Assembly: GCA_963700285.1 (NCBI GenBank)
Contig: CAVOXA010000001.1
Location: 960,001 to 1,024,000 of the forward strand
Reading direction: 5' to 3'
Source: an uncultured Chloroflexia bacterium
GTDB taxonomy: Bacteria; Chloroflexota; Anaerolineae; JAAYZQ01
Length of the DNA: 64,000 nucleotides
Shown here: positions 30,106-40,444 of the stretch, one piece after another
How the letters are laid out: every line of letters begins with the position of its first letter
Numbering within the stretch: the first letter of the stretch is position 1
Position numbers and translations under genes: made by a program
Notes under the pieces: model-generated
Databases searched by the model: none
Told to the model about the DNA's origin: nothing
What the model saw: the letters and a program-made list of their open reading frames with translations, nothing else

Positions 30106-31349
30106 CTAGCCGGGCAAAAATGCCCGAAACCACTCTCTCAGTCGCTGCAAGACAGTATCCGATGGACCTGAATCTCGCCGCCTGCTCTCCAGCGTGCCCA
30201 CCTCGACGTGGTGCATGCCCCACAGGAGCAGGCCCACTGCTGTGGCATAGGCCGGGCTCTCCAGTACATCGGTCAGACCTTGCAGGTCCTGGGGACTGCC
30301 TACCCGCACGGGCAACTGCAGTATCTGCTGGGCCAGGTCCCTAAAGCCCGCAAGTTCAGCAGAGCCTCCACACAGAACCAGCCCCGCAGCCAGCAGGCCA
30401 TCGTAGCCCGATCGCTTGACCTCGCGCAGGATCAGCGTCAGGATCTCTTCGGCCCGCGCTTCGATCACCTCTGCCAGTTGCAGCCGTGAGACGGGCTGCC
30501 GAGCGCCGTCGCCGAAAGACGTGACCTCGATCAGTTCGTCGGTGGCCAGTGACGATGGGATGGCGTGCCCGTACTTGATCTTGAGTTCCTCGGCTGTGCT
30601 AAAGGGGGTTCGCAGTCCCACTGCCACGTCGCGGGTCAGGTGCTCGCCGCCAGTTCCGAGGATGACAGTATGCCAGATGCTGCCATCGATAAAGATGCCA
30701 ATGTCGGTGGTACCTCCTCCCACGTCGGCGAGTACTACCCCCATTTCCTGCTCGGTTCTTTGAGGACCGCCTCGCCAGAGGCCAGTGGCTGCAGGATCAG
30801 ATCGTCTATCTTTACCCCTGCTTCGCGCACGCACCGGACCAGGTTGCTCACCGACGTCGAAGCACCAGTGACGATGTGGGCTTCCACTTCCAGACGGATG
30901 CCCTGCATGCCGATGGGGTCTTTCACACCCTCCTGCCCATCCACCACGAAACCGCGGGGAATGGTGTGGATGATCTCTCGGTTGTGAGGGATGGCGATGG
31001 CTCGAGCAGCATCAAGTGCTCGTTCGATGTCGGACTCGCTGATGCCCCGGTCCCCTCGCGAGATGCCGACGACCCCGCGGCTGTTGATGGCCGATACATA
31101 TTGTCCACCCACACCCACGTAGGCGCTGACGATCTCGTAGCCCGAGAATCGCTCCGCCTTCTCAACCGAGGCCCGGATTGCCTCTGTCGCTTCTTGAACG
31201 TTGACCACAACGCCTTTGCGCAAGCCGCGCGAAGGGGTCACCCCAGCGCCAATGATGCGCAGTTGGCCATCTTCGTAGACTTCGCCCACCAGCGTGCATA
31301 TCTTGGTTGTGCCTACGTCAATGGCGACGATCGTTTTTGGATCTTCCAT
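30106..31349 (-). CDS. ftsA: Cell division protein FtsA (frameshift ~30757)
   Basis: DVGTTKIC, GLRKGVV, DVGGGTTD, YATAVGLL. Confidence 0.96.
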
Positions 31350-31356
31350 AATCGTC

Positions 31357-32298
31357 TCAGTTGCCCCTCATGCTGGCCTGCCGGTCTGGTTTGCCAAAGA
31401 CCGGGTAGTCTGCCCAGCGCACGTCCACATACGTGGGGCGCATCTTGTGCTCTACGAAATAGTCCGTCAAAGCCTGCAGGACCTGGATCTTGTGCGCTAG
31501 ATCACTGCTATCACCCACGTAAACGGGCCACGAGCCATGGGCTGTTTTCTGCATGAAGCTCAAGCCGCGATCAGGCTGGTAGTAAAAGAGGCTCACCTCG
31601 GGAAGCGAGGAGTCCAGTTGCCGGACTGAAGTCACGATGCCTTCTGGTTGGACTCGATCCCCTACATTGAGCATCTGCTGGCTAGAGTCTACCACAAAGA
31701 CCGTATCGCTTACAACTCCGTGGTAGGGCAGTACTACCCCTTCCTCGTCCAGCCACAGATCGCTGCCCTGAGCCTCGGCGCGCCATAATACAACGGGCTG
31801 GCGTTCTGTCACTTCGATGGTCACACGCGCAGGCAGTCTGCAACGCACACGCGCGGTTCTGATCCCATCGAGATAGACCACCGCCTCGGCCGCTTTGTTG
31901 GGCCGGATCCAGAAGATATTCTGCTCATGTATGCCGGATGCCTGGTAGATTGTATCGCTCTCGATGTGATGGCTGCCCACGACTTCCGCGCGAAAGACAT
32001 AGAACTGTTGGGCGGCGGAGACATAGATAAGGAGCGTGACAAGACTCAGCAGGGCAATGGCAGCAGGAAAGCGTGTTAGAGCCAGGCGCCACCGGCTGGG
32101 CCGCGGGCGGGCTAGCTGGGTGCTCGGCGCACCTGGCTCAGCGTGCGGCTTCACGTGGCCCGTGGGCTGCTGAGGCGCCACCGGGCGAGCCTCGGTTTTT
32201 CGCCTGGTGCGGAACGTAGGCTGGGCAATCTCGGACTTGAAGGTCCGGCGCTGCCTGCGTCTCGCTTTCCCCTGCTGCTTGTTCAGCGGTATTCTCAA
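31357..32298 (-). CDS. ftsQ: FtsQ/DivIB-like cell division protein
   Basis: Basic N-terminus, single TM, POTRA-like region, VTERQP, YVDVR; lies between ddl and ftsA. Confidence 0.8.
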   Translation of the reverse strand: MRIPLNKQQGKARRRQRRTFKSEIAQPTFRTRRKTEARPVAPQQPTGHVKPHAEPGAPSTQLARPRPSRWRLALTRFPAAIALLSLVTLLIYVSAAQQFYVFRAEVVGSHHIESDTIYQASGIHEQNIFWIRPNKAAEAVVYLDGIRTARVRCRLPARVTIEVTERQPVVLWRAEAQGSDLWLDEEGVVLPYHGVVSDTVFVVDSSQQMLNVGDRVQPEGIVTSVRQLDSSLPEVSLFYYQPDRGLSFMQKTAHGSWPVYVGDSSDLAHKIQVLQALTDYFVEHKMRPTYVDVRWADYPVFGKPDRQASMRGN

Positions 32299-33434
32299 GT
32301 CCCTTGCTCCCGGTCCGGCAACTGGTACGATGTGGCGGTACGGCTCTTGTCCTGAAACCGTTCCAATGCTAACTCGATGAGCTGGTGGATCAACTCAGTG
32401 TAGGAGACGCCACTGGCTTCCCATAGTTTAGGATACATGCTGATGGGTGTGAAGCCTGGGAGCGTGTTCACTTCGTTGAGATACACTGTGTTTGTGCTTC
32501 TCTCCAGCAAGAAATCGACGCGGGCCATTCCCGCACAATCAATGGCTTGATATGCCTCCACTGCCAGTCGGCGCACCAACTCGGCTGTCTCAGCCGGGAT
32601 AGGGGCTGGGATCAGCAAGTCAGATTCCCCATCCAGATACTTTGCCTTATAGTCATAGAACTCATTGCTGGGCACAATCTCGCCAGGCACGCTGGCGACA
32701 GGATTGTCATTGCCCAGGACGCTGACCTCGATCTCTCGGGCATCTACAGCCACCTCGACCAAGATTTTCCGGTCGTAGCGGGCTGCAGTGTCCAGGGCAG
32801 CGCATAGTTCGGAACGATCGTGGGCCTTGGTGATCCCAACGCTGGACCCCAGGTTGGCTGGCTTGACGAAACAATCGTAGCCGATTTCTCCCTCGATCTT
32901 GCCCAAAACCGCTTCTGGGTGTTCTTCCCATGCTTTTCGTTTCAGCGCCACCGCACGTACCACCGGCACTCTGTGGGCACGCATTACATCTTTGAAGAGT
33001 ATTTTGTCCATCCCCACTGCTGAGGCTACCACCCCGGCGCCGACGTAGGGAATGCCGGCCAGCTCCAATAGCCCCTGAAGGGTGCCGTCTTCGCCGAAAG
33101 GCCCGTGTAGAATAGGAAAGACCACATCGAGCTGGCGCAACTCTATTGCGGTTATGCTTTGTTGTCCGTCGCCTTTGTCCAGGCGCATAAGACCCCGCCG
33201 GCTGGGCTCGGCCAGAAGGATGGCAGGGTTGCTCTCTGCCATTTTCCCCGAGCTTAGGGCCTTGAGGGGATCGCCCGAAGCAAGCCACCGGCCCTCTTTG
33301 GTAACGCCGATGGGCACGATCTCATATCTTGCCTTGTCTATGGCGCCCATCACGCCTTGAGCGGACATGAGGGATACTTCATGTTCGCCGGAACGGCCCC
33401 CAAAGATGAGTCCTACCACAAGCCTATTTTCCAT
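32295..33434 (-). CDS. ddl: D-alanine--D-alanine ligase
   Basis: GGRSGEHEVSL, LHGPFGEDG, KPANLGSSVG, FYDYKAKY, NEVNTLPG. Confidence 0.97.
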   Translation of the reverse strand: MENRLVVGLIFGGRSGEHEVSLMSAQGVMGAIDKARYEIVPIGVTKEGRWLASGDPLKALSSGKMAESNPAILLAEPSRRGLMRLDKGDGQQSITAIELRQLDVVFPILHGPFGEDGTLQGLLELAGIPYVGAGVVASAVGMDKILFKDVMRAHRVPVVRAVALKRKAWEEHPEAVLGKIEGEIGYDCFVKPANLGSSVGITKAHDRSELCAALDTAARYDRKILVEVAVDAREIEVSVLGNDNPVASVPGEIVPSNEFYDYKAKYLDGESDLLIPAPIPAETAELVRRLAVEAYQAIDCAGMARVDFLLERSTNTVYLNEVNTLPGFTPISMYPKLWEASGVSYTELIHQLIELALERFQDKSRTATSYQLPDREQGT

Positions 33435-33510
33435 ACTATATTCTACCAAAGCATCTGTTTTTTTGCAAACCCAACCATGCAGGTCCGAATTTCTTCCATT
33501 TTCTGTTAAT
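33433..33510 (-). promoter_or_regulatory. Internal dcw promoter upstream of ddl
   Basis: TTGCAA(33463-68)-17-TAGAAT(33440-45) with extended TG; ATG follows 5 nt after the -10. Confidence 0.75.
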
Positions 33511-33545
33511 TCTTGTCTGGATGATCAGTATCCTCTAATTCTGAA

Positions 33546-34544
33546 CTACCATTCACCGATTAGCTCAATCTCCATTTCCAGCTCCAGCCCGAACCTCTCC
33601 AGGACTGTTTGATAAGCCAGGTCGACGAGCCTTTTGATGTCGGTTGCAGAGGCATGGCCAAGATTGACGAAAAAGTTTGCGTGCAGCGGCGAGATCTGGG
33701 CTCCGCCAGAGCACCTGCCCTTTAGACCTGCCTCGTCGATGAGCCGCCCCGCATAGTCACCGCGCGGGTTTTTGAACACCGAACCACAGGTTGCCCCGGG
33801 CGGCTGGTTTGCTTTGCGCCTTGCCGTCATCATGGCCGCCCTTTCTCTCAACGCTTCCGGTTCGGCTGGCACCAGCGCGAATTGGGCGTCCAGGATGACG
33901 ATCTGCTGCCCGCCACTTTCTGTTCGTTGCTTCAGAATGCTCGTCCGGTAGCCATAGTCAAAACGCTCCACCGGCCAAACAAGGACTCTACCGGTTGGCT
34001 CCATGACAGTTGCCTGCTCCAGCGTTGCGGCGATGTCAGAACCCCATGCGCCCGCGTTTCCTATGACTGCACCGCCCACCGTACCGGGTATGCCTGTAGC
34101 CCATTCCAACCCGCCGCGCCCGCGTGCGAGGCAGCGCCGTGCCAATGTCGAGAAAGAGGTTCCACTATCAGCCTTGACCCCTCCGGGAGAAAAAACGATC
34201 GCCCGGGCACGATTGAGTATGACCAGGCCTCGTACTCCTCGGTCACTCACCAATACGTTTGACCCGCCACCCAGCACGCGGCAGGGGACGCCTTGCTGCC
34301 AAGCAAGTATCGCAGACTGGCGCAAGGCCTCAGGATTGGCGGCCGCAACGAGCAAGTCGGCCGGGCCCCCAACGCGAAGGGCAGTGTAGCGGGCCAGGGG
34401 CGCTCCCAAGTGGACCGACTCCGGACCCAATGCCTTCTCCAGGTCGGCGGCCAAGCGGTCGATGCCATGCCGATGCTCCCTCGCTGCCAAGCTCTCACCC
34501 CGGGCGCTTGCTGGCAGCGCCCATTGACCAGCCTGTTTGCTCAT
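33546..34544 (-). CDS. murB: UDP-N-acetylenolpyruvoylglucosamine reductase
   Basis: GGPAD, GGGSN, GIPGTVGG, YR.S, GSVFKNP, HANF. Confidence 0.96.
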   Translation of the reverse strand: MSKQAGQWALPASARGESLAAREHRHGIDRLAADLEKALGPESVHLGAPLARYTALRVGGPADLLVAAANPEALRQSAILAWQQGVPCRVLGGGSNVLVSDRGVRGLVILNRARAIVFSPGGVKADSGTSFSTLARRCLARGRGGLEWATGIPGTVGGAVIGNAGAWGSDIAATLEQATVMEPTGRVLVWPVERFDYGYRTSILKQRTESGGQQIVILDAQFALVPAEPEALRERAAMMTARRKANQPPGATCGSVFKNPRGDYAGRLIDEAGLKGRCSGGAQISPLHANFFVNLGHASATDIKRLVDLAYQTVLERFGLELEMEIELIGEW

Positions 34545-34619
34545 GATCCGCCGAATGCCCTTATCTTTGCCCGAGACTGCTTGCAGCAGTCTAGCTACTC
34601 CACCATGCCGGTGGCTTCT

Positions 34620-36062
34620 CTAGAGCGCCTGCTCCGAGACCTCGCGGCGCACGCTGTCTCCATTGGTGCCGCTTTCGATGTGCGCCAGAACCCTCTCACC
34701 GATCAAGTAGCCATCCCCGGCTCCTAGTGTGATGACTACATCGCCGGACTCGATCCTGGCCATCAGCATCGAGACAGCAGAGTCCATTGTCTCTGCGTAG
34801 TTGGCGTCGGGATGATTCATATGCATGACCAGATCATCACCGGAAATACCCAAAAGATTCTGTTCCCTGGCGGCATAAATGCCTGTGACGATCACGTGGT
34901 CCGCATCGCTGAAAGCGGTCGCAAAGTCGTCCAGCAAAGTTGCTGTGCGACTGTAAGTGTGGGGCTGGAACACTGCCCAGATGGGCCGGCCCGGGTACTT
35001 GAGCTGCGCCGCGGCCAGCGTCGCCCGGACCTCGGTGGGGTGGTGGGCATAGTCATCCACCACTGTAACCCCATCCGCTTGCCCCTTGAATTCGAAGCGG
35101 CGCGCTGTGCCCTGGAATCGCGTGAGCGCTGCCGCAGCGGTGTCAAAGTCTACGCCGGCCTCATTGCCGGCTGCAATCGCAGCCAGTGCATTCAACACGT
35201 TGTGGCGGCCCGGTATCTGGAGGGCGCAGGTTCCGAGCTTTTTGCCATTCTTCACACTGGCCTTGTGCCCGATCTCAAAGATGGCGTGCTTGCCGAGGTG
35301 TGAGCCTTCTGCCCACCAATCCCAGCGCTGGTCGAGCCCATAGTACTCCACCCGGCGCTCCCGGCCGCCAAAAGATTCGCCCAATTGCCGTGCTTCAACA
35401 TCGTCACCACAGAGGATGAGCAGGCCTCCGGGAGTGACGCCATCCACAAAGACCCGGAATGCGGTTCTCATCTCTTCAAATGTCGGATAACAGTCGGGAT
35501 GGTCGTGTTCCAACACGGTGACGACCGCCACATCGGGCCGTAGCCCCAGGAAGGCGCGGTCATATTCGTCGGCCTCAATCACAAAGTGTGGTCCTGTTCC
35601 GGCCCGAGCATTGGTTCCCAGGTTCTGCAGCACGCCTCCGACAATGAACGTAGGATCCAGTCCAGCCTGAACCAAGATCCAAGCGATCATGGCGCTGGTG
35701 GTGGTCTTGCCGTGGGCGCCAGCCACAGCGATTGTGATCTTTTTATCTGTCAATTCGCCCAAGATCTGCTCGCGCTTGACCATGGGTATCCCCTGCCGCA
35801 CAGCCTCAACGATCTCAGGATTATTGTTAGGTACTGCTGAGGAGACAATAACCAGGTCCGTACCGGCGACCCAATCGGCCCGGTGCCCCTCGTGTACGGC
35901 GATGCCCTCTTCAATCAACTCCTGGGTCAGGCCCGTCGGTCGTTGGTCAGAGCCCGATACCTGGAAGCCCAAGCCATGGAGTACGCGCGCAATGGCAGAT
36001 AGCCCGATGCCGCCGATGCCCACGAGGTGTATTCTGTTGCCTGGTTGCAGCAGTGGTGCCAT
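34620..36062 (-). CDS. murC: UDP-N-acetylmuramate--L-alanine ligase
   Basis: HLVGIGGIG, GAHGKTTT, EADE, DDYAHHPTE, FQPH. Confidence 0.97.
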   Translation of the reverse strand: MAPLLQPGNRIHLVGIGGIGLSAIARVLHGLGFQVSGSDQRPTGLTQELIEEGIAVHEGHRADWVAGTDLVIVSSAVPNNNPEIVEAVRQGIPMVKREQILGELTDKKITIAVAGAHGKTTTSAMIAWILVQAGLDPTFIVGGVLQNLGTNARAGTGPHFVIEADEYDRAFLGLRPDVAVVTVLEHDHPDCYPTFEEMRTAFRVFVDGVTPGGLLILCGDDVEARQLGESFGGRERRVEYYGLDQRWDWWAEGSHLGKHAIFEIGHKASVKNGKKLGTCALQIPGRHNVLNALAAIAAGNEAGVDFDTAAAALTRFQGTARRFEFKGQADGVTVVDDYAHHPTEVRATLAAAQLKYPGRPIWAVFQPHTYSRTATLLDDFATAFSDADHVIVTGIYAAREQNLLGISGDDLVMHMNHPDANYAETMDSAVSMLMARIESGDVVITLGAGDGYLIGERVLAHIESGTNGDSVRREVSEQAL

Positions 36063-36069
36063 TGCCTGC

Positions 36070-36612
36070 CTACCTGAATATGATGGCCAGAAGCAGAAGC
36101 ATGCCCAGCAGCAGCATTGGAAACGGACTGAAATCATTCATGAGTGACACCGGTAGAAACGGGATGATAGCGTCGTTTAGCTTTGAGAATGGAGATGTGA
36201 CGATCTCGAGGGTGGGCCAGTAATACTCGGCAAGGTCCGTGACATTCCAGATGGTACCCACGACGAGGTATCCGTTGAGCAGCCCAATTATGTATCCGAA
36301 AATGTTGTTCAAAATGCCCTTCAACTTGAGCGGGAATCGCAGCACGATGCCCTCGTAGGCAATAAAGGCAACGATCAAGATGGCTGTAGTATAGTAGAGT
36401 GCCTCGATCTGGGCCGCCGTGAGCTCTCCAAACGGGCTTGACTGTACCAGGCTGACGAGGGCATCGCCAGCCAGATCCCAGCCGAACCAAAGTGCAAATA
36501 GTGTGAGGGCCAGGACAGCACCAGTTCCAAGCTCCTTGGCCACACCACGCACGGCGCCAATGACTCCGAATACAAAGATAAGCGTGAACCAAAAATACTC
36601 GACAGGGATCAT
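36070..36612 (-). CDS. CvpA-like membrane protein
   Basis: Multi-TM; N-terminal G.VRG..KEL and later G.IIGLLNG pattern. Confidence 0.6.
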   Translation of the reverse strand: MIPVEYFWFTLIFVFGVIGAVRGVAKELGTGAVLALTLFALWFGWDLAGDALVSLVQSSPFGELTAAQIEALYYTTAILIVAFIAYEGIVLRFPLKLKGILNNIFGYIIGLLNGYLVVGTIWNVTDLAEYYWPTLEIVTSPFSKLNDAIIPFLPVSLMNDFSPFPMLLLGMLLLLAIIFR

Positions 36613-37757
36613 CGATCTGCTCCTGCCTGACCAACCGAATGACGGCGAGCCACCAACCACAGTACCTCGGCAATTGCATCTGCCGCGTCTGGCCGGGCCA
36701 TGGCTTGGGCTGATTCTCGCATATCTGCCAGGGCCTGGTGGTTGTCGATAAGCCTCAGAATTGTGGGAACCAGTTTCTGAGACAACTGGGCATCGGCAAG
36801 TACTTCCGCCGCGCCGTTGCGAGCCATGTACCTTGCATTCGGCTCCTGGTGCTGTCCCGAATAGGGATAGGGTATGAGAACAGCGGGCAAGCCGGCCGCG
36901 GGGAACTCGCCCATGGTCGCGGCACCCGAACGGGCGACGGCCAGGTCAGCAGAAACCAGTGCTTGCGGCATCTCGTGCAAGAAGTCAAAGTGATGATAGT
37001 TTGCTTTCAGCTCCTCTGGTAGACTTTGGGCTGCGTCGGCCACCCACTCGGCGTCCAACCGCCCGGTCACGTGCAGGATCTGGCATTTGGGTAGCAATTC
37101 CTGTAACCCTGCTACCAGAGCTTGATTGATACTGCGGGCCCCTCGGCTGCCACCGAACACGACGACGGTCTTTTCTTCTGGCTTTAGCTTCAGAGCTTCT
37201 CGTGCACGTGTCCTGTCTAGCGTGTAGATCTCAGACCGCACGGGGTAACCCGTCACCACAACCTTGTCCCGGCGCAGATGTTGGTAAGATTCCTCGCTGG
37301 TTACGGCGACCTTCTTCGCAAAGCGGCTCAAGAGCCGAATAGCTATTCCGGGCACGATATCTGGCAAATAGATGACGACGGGAATTCGCTGGATGCGGGC
37401 AGCCAGTGTCGTCGCGACACAGGCATAGCCCCCCGTAGCAAGGATCACGTCGGGCTTGAAGCCTGAGAGAATCGCGCCTGCTTTTCTCACGCTGGCGGCA
37501 ATCTGGGCTGAATTGTATACTGTCTCGGTGGCTTTCTTGCCGCGGATCCCCCCGGCAGCCAGCTCGACGAACTTTAGCCTGGTATGCTCTACAAGCTCCT
37601 TTTCGAGCCCGTCCTTGCTTCCCACCCACAGTATATCGGTAGGTTTCAACGTGGGCAGCGAGGTGCCCGCGGGCTTGGAGCTGAGAAATCGGTCCACGAC
37701 GGCCAGCGCCGGATAGACGTGCCCGCCGGTACCACCGGCCGATACCAGGAGTTTCAT
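36609..37757 (-). CDS. murG: Lipid II GlcNAc transferase MurG
   Basis: GGTGGHVYP, GGSRGA, RSGA, HQ..NA. Confidence 0.97.
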   Translation of the reverse strand: MKLLVSAGGTGGHVYPALAVVDRFLSSKPAGTSLPTLKPTDILWVGSKDGLEKELVEHTRLKFVELAAGGIRGKKATETVYNSAQIAASVRKAGAILSGFKPDVILATGGYACVATTLAARIQRIPVVIYLPDIVPGIAIRLLSRFAKKVAVTSEESYQHLRRDKVVVTGYPVRSEIYTLDRTRAREALKLKPEEKTVVVFGGSRGARSINQALVAGLQELLPKCQILHVTGRLDAEWVADAAQSLPEELKANYHHFDFLHEMPQALVSADLAVARSGAATMGEFPAAGLPAVLIPYPYSGQHQEPNARYMARNGAAEVLADAQLSQKLVPTILRLIDNHQALADMRESAQAMARPDAADAIAEVLWLVARRHSVGQAGADR

Positions 37758-38857
37758 GGCTTCACGTGTTCCGTGTTCACGGCTCGTGAGATGCTCAACA
37801 TGATGCCAACCCCAATCATACAGGTTACCAAAGAGGAACCGCCAACGCTAATGAATGGCAGGGCGATTCCGGTGAAGGGGATGGTCCCGGTCACTACGAG
37901 AAGGTTGATCAACGCCTGGAATGCGATCCAGCAAGTGACCCCGATGGCCAGAAGGCTCCCAAAAGAATCCGGGGCCAGGCGGGCAAGCCGAAAGCCACGG
38001 TAGGTCACCAGTGCAAAGAGGGCGACAACGGCCAGGCCGCCCAACAAACCCAACTCTTCGCCAACAATGGCAAAAACGCTGTCGGTATGGCGTGCTGGCA
38101 GCCACTGGTACTGCATCCGCCCATTCCCTGGTCCCAAACCGAAAAGACCTCCGCTGCCGAGGGCGAGCAATCCCTGACTCAATTGGTAGTTGGGGCAGGC
38201 GAAGGGATGCTTCCAGCATTCGAGAAACGGCGATAGCCGCTCCAGCGCCGTATCCAATTGGCTAACCACAAGGACAAAGGCTCCAATGCCCCCCAAGATA
38301 CCAATGACAAACTGCAGCACGCGCGCACCGGCCAGGAAGAACATGGCCAGGGCTACCAGAACGATGACCATTGCTTCAGAGATGTCGGGCTGGGCCATGA
38401 CCAAACCTGCGATCACGCCAACCATGATTGTGAAGGGCAGCAAGCCATACGGAAGCTTGCGCAAAAGTTCACCCTTGGAGGAAAGCCAGTGGCCAATATA
38501 GATCACCACAGCGAGCTTGGCCAATTCCACAGGCGATACTGACTGGCCTAGCAATTGTCGTCTATCGCCGAGAATGACGAGGATGATGAGCATGAGTACG
38601 GTGGTTGCCATGATTAGAATGGAGAGTTTGGTCCAGTGCCGATAGTCAAACCACGCGGCAAAAACCATGGCCACCGTACCGATCCCGAGCCAGATTAACT
38701 GGAGCTTGAGGTGGTGTGACTGATCCTCAAAGTTGCGGTAGCCCCAATCGGCAGTGGAACTGAATACCATCATCAGCCCCACGGTGATCAGGGCAACCAG
38801 CGCGCCAACCAGGATCCAATCGGGCGATCGCAGTAACTTGGGCTTTGCTTCTTCCAT
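37754..38857 (-). CDS. ftsW: SEDS peptidoglycan polymerase FtsW
   Basis: P.ELAK, QPD, HTD.VFAIVGEELG, P.TGI.LPFIS.GGSS. Confidence 0.95.
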   Translation of the reverse strand: MEEAKPKLLRSPDWILVGALVALITVGLMMVFSSTADWGYRNFEDQSHHLKLQLIWLGIGTVAMVFAAWFDYRHWTKLSILIMATTVLMLIILVILGDRRQLLGQSVSPVELAKLAVVIYIGHWLSSKGELLRKLPYGLLPFTIMVGVIAGLVMAQPDISEAMVIVLVALAMFFLAGARVLQFVIGILGGIGAFVLVVSQLDTALERLSPFLECWKHPFACPNYQLSQGLLALGSGGLFGLGPGNGRMQYQWLPARHTDSVFAIVGEELGLLGGLAVVALFALVTYRGFRLARLAPDSFGSLLAIGVTCWIAFQALINLLVVTGTIPFTGIALPFISVGGSSLVTCMIGVGIMLSISRAVNTEHVKP

Positions 38858-38860
38858 TGT

Positions 38861-40330
38861 TCACCTCAGTGCTTTCACCAAGCTCTGAAAATGCTTTCCT
38901 CGTGCCACAAAATCTCGGTAGACATCAAAACTGGTTCCTCCAGGAGAGAGAAGAACCACATCGCCGGGACGTGCTACCTGGCTCGCAAGCTCGACAGCAC
39001 GGTCCAACGTCCCCGCATGGTGGATCTGGCAGGATCTGATCCCCGAAGGTTCAGCATCCTTCATTGCCTCTTCGATGAGCGCGGAGGCTTCGCCAAAGAG
39101 AACCAGGTGACTGACTCTTTGCCAGGCCAACGCAGCCATCTCCTGCCAGGGCAGGTGTTTGTCTCGCCCTCCAGCTAGTAGCACGATACGATCATCGGGA
39201 AATGCCCGGAGGGCGGCCACGGTCCGCTCTGGCGTCGTGGCGATGCTGTCATCGTACCAGCGTATTCTATCTTTCTCTCTACACAATTCCAGCCGGTGAT
39301 CCACACCGCGAAAAGTCGTGACCGCCTGGCGCACGGCCTCTATGGGCGCAGCCGCTGCAGCGGCCAGTGTGCATGCCGCCAGGGCATTGGCCAAATTGTG
39401 GTGCCCCAATAGTTTCAGGTCCGCTGTCTGGCAGACTACCTGGTCGCGCCCTGCCAATCGCACTACCAGTGCGCCGTCCTGTAGAAAGGCACCCGATGTT
39501 ACTTTTTGTCTGGTACTGAACCATAGTATCCTCCTTTTAACGTTTCCGATTTCTCCCATCTGCCGCACGATAGGATCATCCAGGTTCAAGATGGTCGTGT
39601 CTTCAGGTTGTTGGTGAAGCAAGATCTGTGACTTTGCGGCGACATAGGCTTCCATTGACGAGTGACGGTCCAGGTGATTGGGCGTGATGTTGAGCACAGC
39701 GGCGATGGGAGGGCTCCAGCCCGCACGATCAAAGATCTTTTCCTGTGCTTCACCCTTTTGTCCATCCCTCCCTTTGCTGGTGCACGGTGCAAAAAACTCC
39801 AGTTGGAAACTCGAAAGTTCCATTACTACAACATCTGTTGGTGTGATTTCTCCCAGATGACCCACAAGTGGCCGCCCGATATTGCCTCCAACCCAGGTCC
39901 TTCGGCCTGCGGCTTTGAATATCTGCCCAACTAGGGCCGTCGTGGTCGTCTTGCCACTTGATCCCGTGATCCCCATCACTGGCACTGGACAAAGCTGGCT
40001 GAACAAGCGTGTTTCGCTACTCAGCGGCAGGCGTCGTTGCCGTGCCTCGCACAGAAGCGGGATCCCCAAAGGTACACCAGGACTGACAAAGAGAATATTC
40101 ACCTCATCCAGCAGTGCCAGTGGGTGCGCGCCCAGTACAAAGGTCACCGGTAGGCCAGACAGAAATGCCATGTTTTCGGCCACTGCAGCTGCTGGCTGCA
40201 TGTCCGTGACGGTCACGCGAGCGCCGTGCTCCACCAAGAAACGGGTCAGGGCAGTTCCCTCGCGCGCCAGCCCCACAACCAGGGCCTGTACGCCAGTAAA
40301 ATCTGGCCCCTTGCCTCTAGCGCTGTTCAT
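38861..40330 (-). CDS. murD: UDP-MurNAc-L-Ala--D-Glu ligase
   Basis: SPGV, GSSGKTTT, ELSSFQL, HRLE, DS.AT, LLSPG.TSFD. Confidence 0.96.
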   Translation of the reverse strand: MNSARGKGPDFTGVQALVVGLAREGTALTRFLVEHGARVTVTDMQPAAAVAENMAFLSGLPVTFVLGAHPLALLDEVNILFVSPGVPLGIPLLCEARQRRLPLSSETRLFSQLCPVPVMGITGSSGKTTTTALVGQIFKAAGRRTWVGGNIGRPLVGHLGEITPTDVVVMELSSFQLEFFAPCTSKGRDGQKGEAQEKIFDRAGWSPPIAAVLNITPNHLDRHSSMEAYVAAKSQILLHQQPEDTTILNLDDPIVRQMGEIGNVKRRILWFSTRQKVTSGAFLQDGALVVRLAGRDQVVCQTADLKLLGHHNLANALAACTLAAAAAAPIEAVRQAVTTFRGVDHRLELCREKDRIRWYDDSIATTPERTVAALRAFPDDRIVLLAGGRDKHLPWQEMAALAWQRVSHLVLFGEASALIEEAMKDAEPSGIRSCQIHHAGTLDRAVELASQVARPGDVVLLSPGGTSFDVYRDFVARGKHFQSLVKALR

Positions 40331-40444
40331 GTTTTCTGAAATCCATCCACAGACCAACGGCTAACCTGCGACGGGCCAGGGCAGAGACTCTCCATCCGGT
40401 CCGCGAATACGCGGCGAATCCACAGACAAGCAGTGTAGGAGCAA

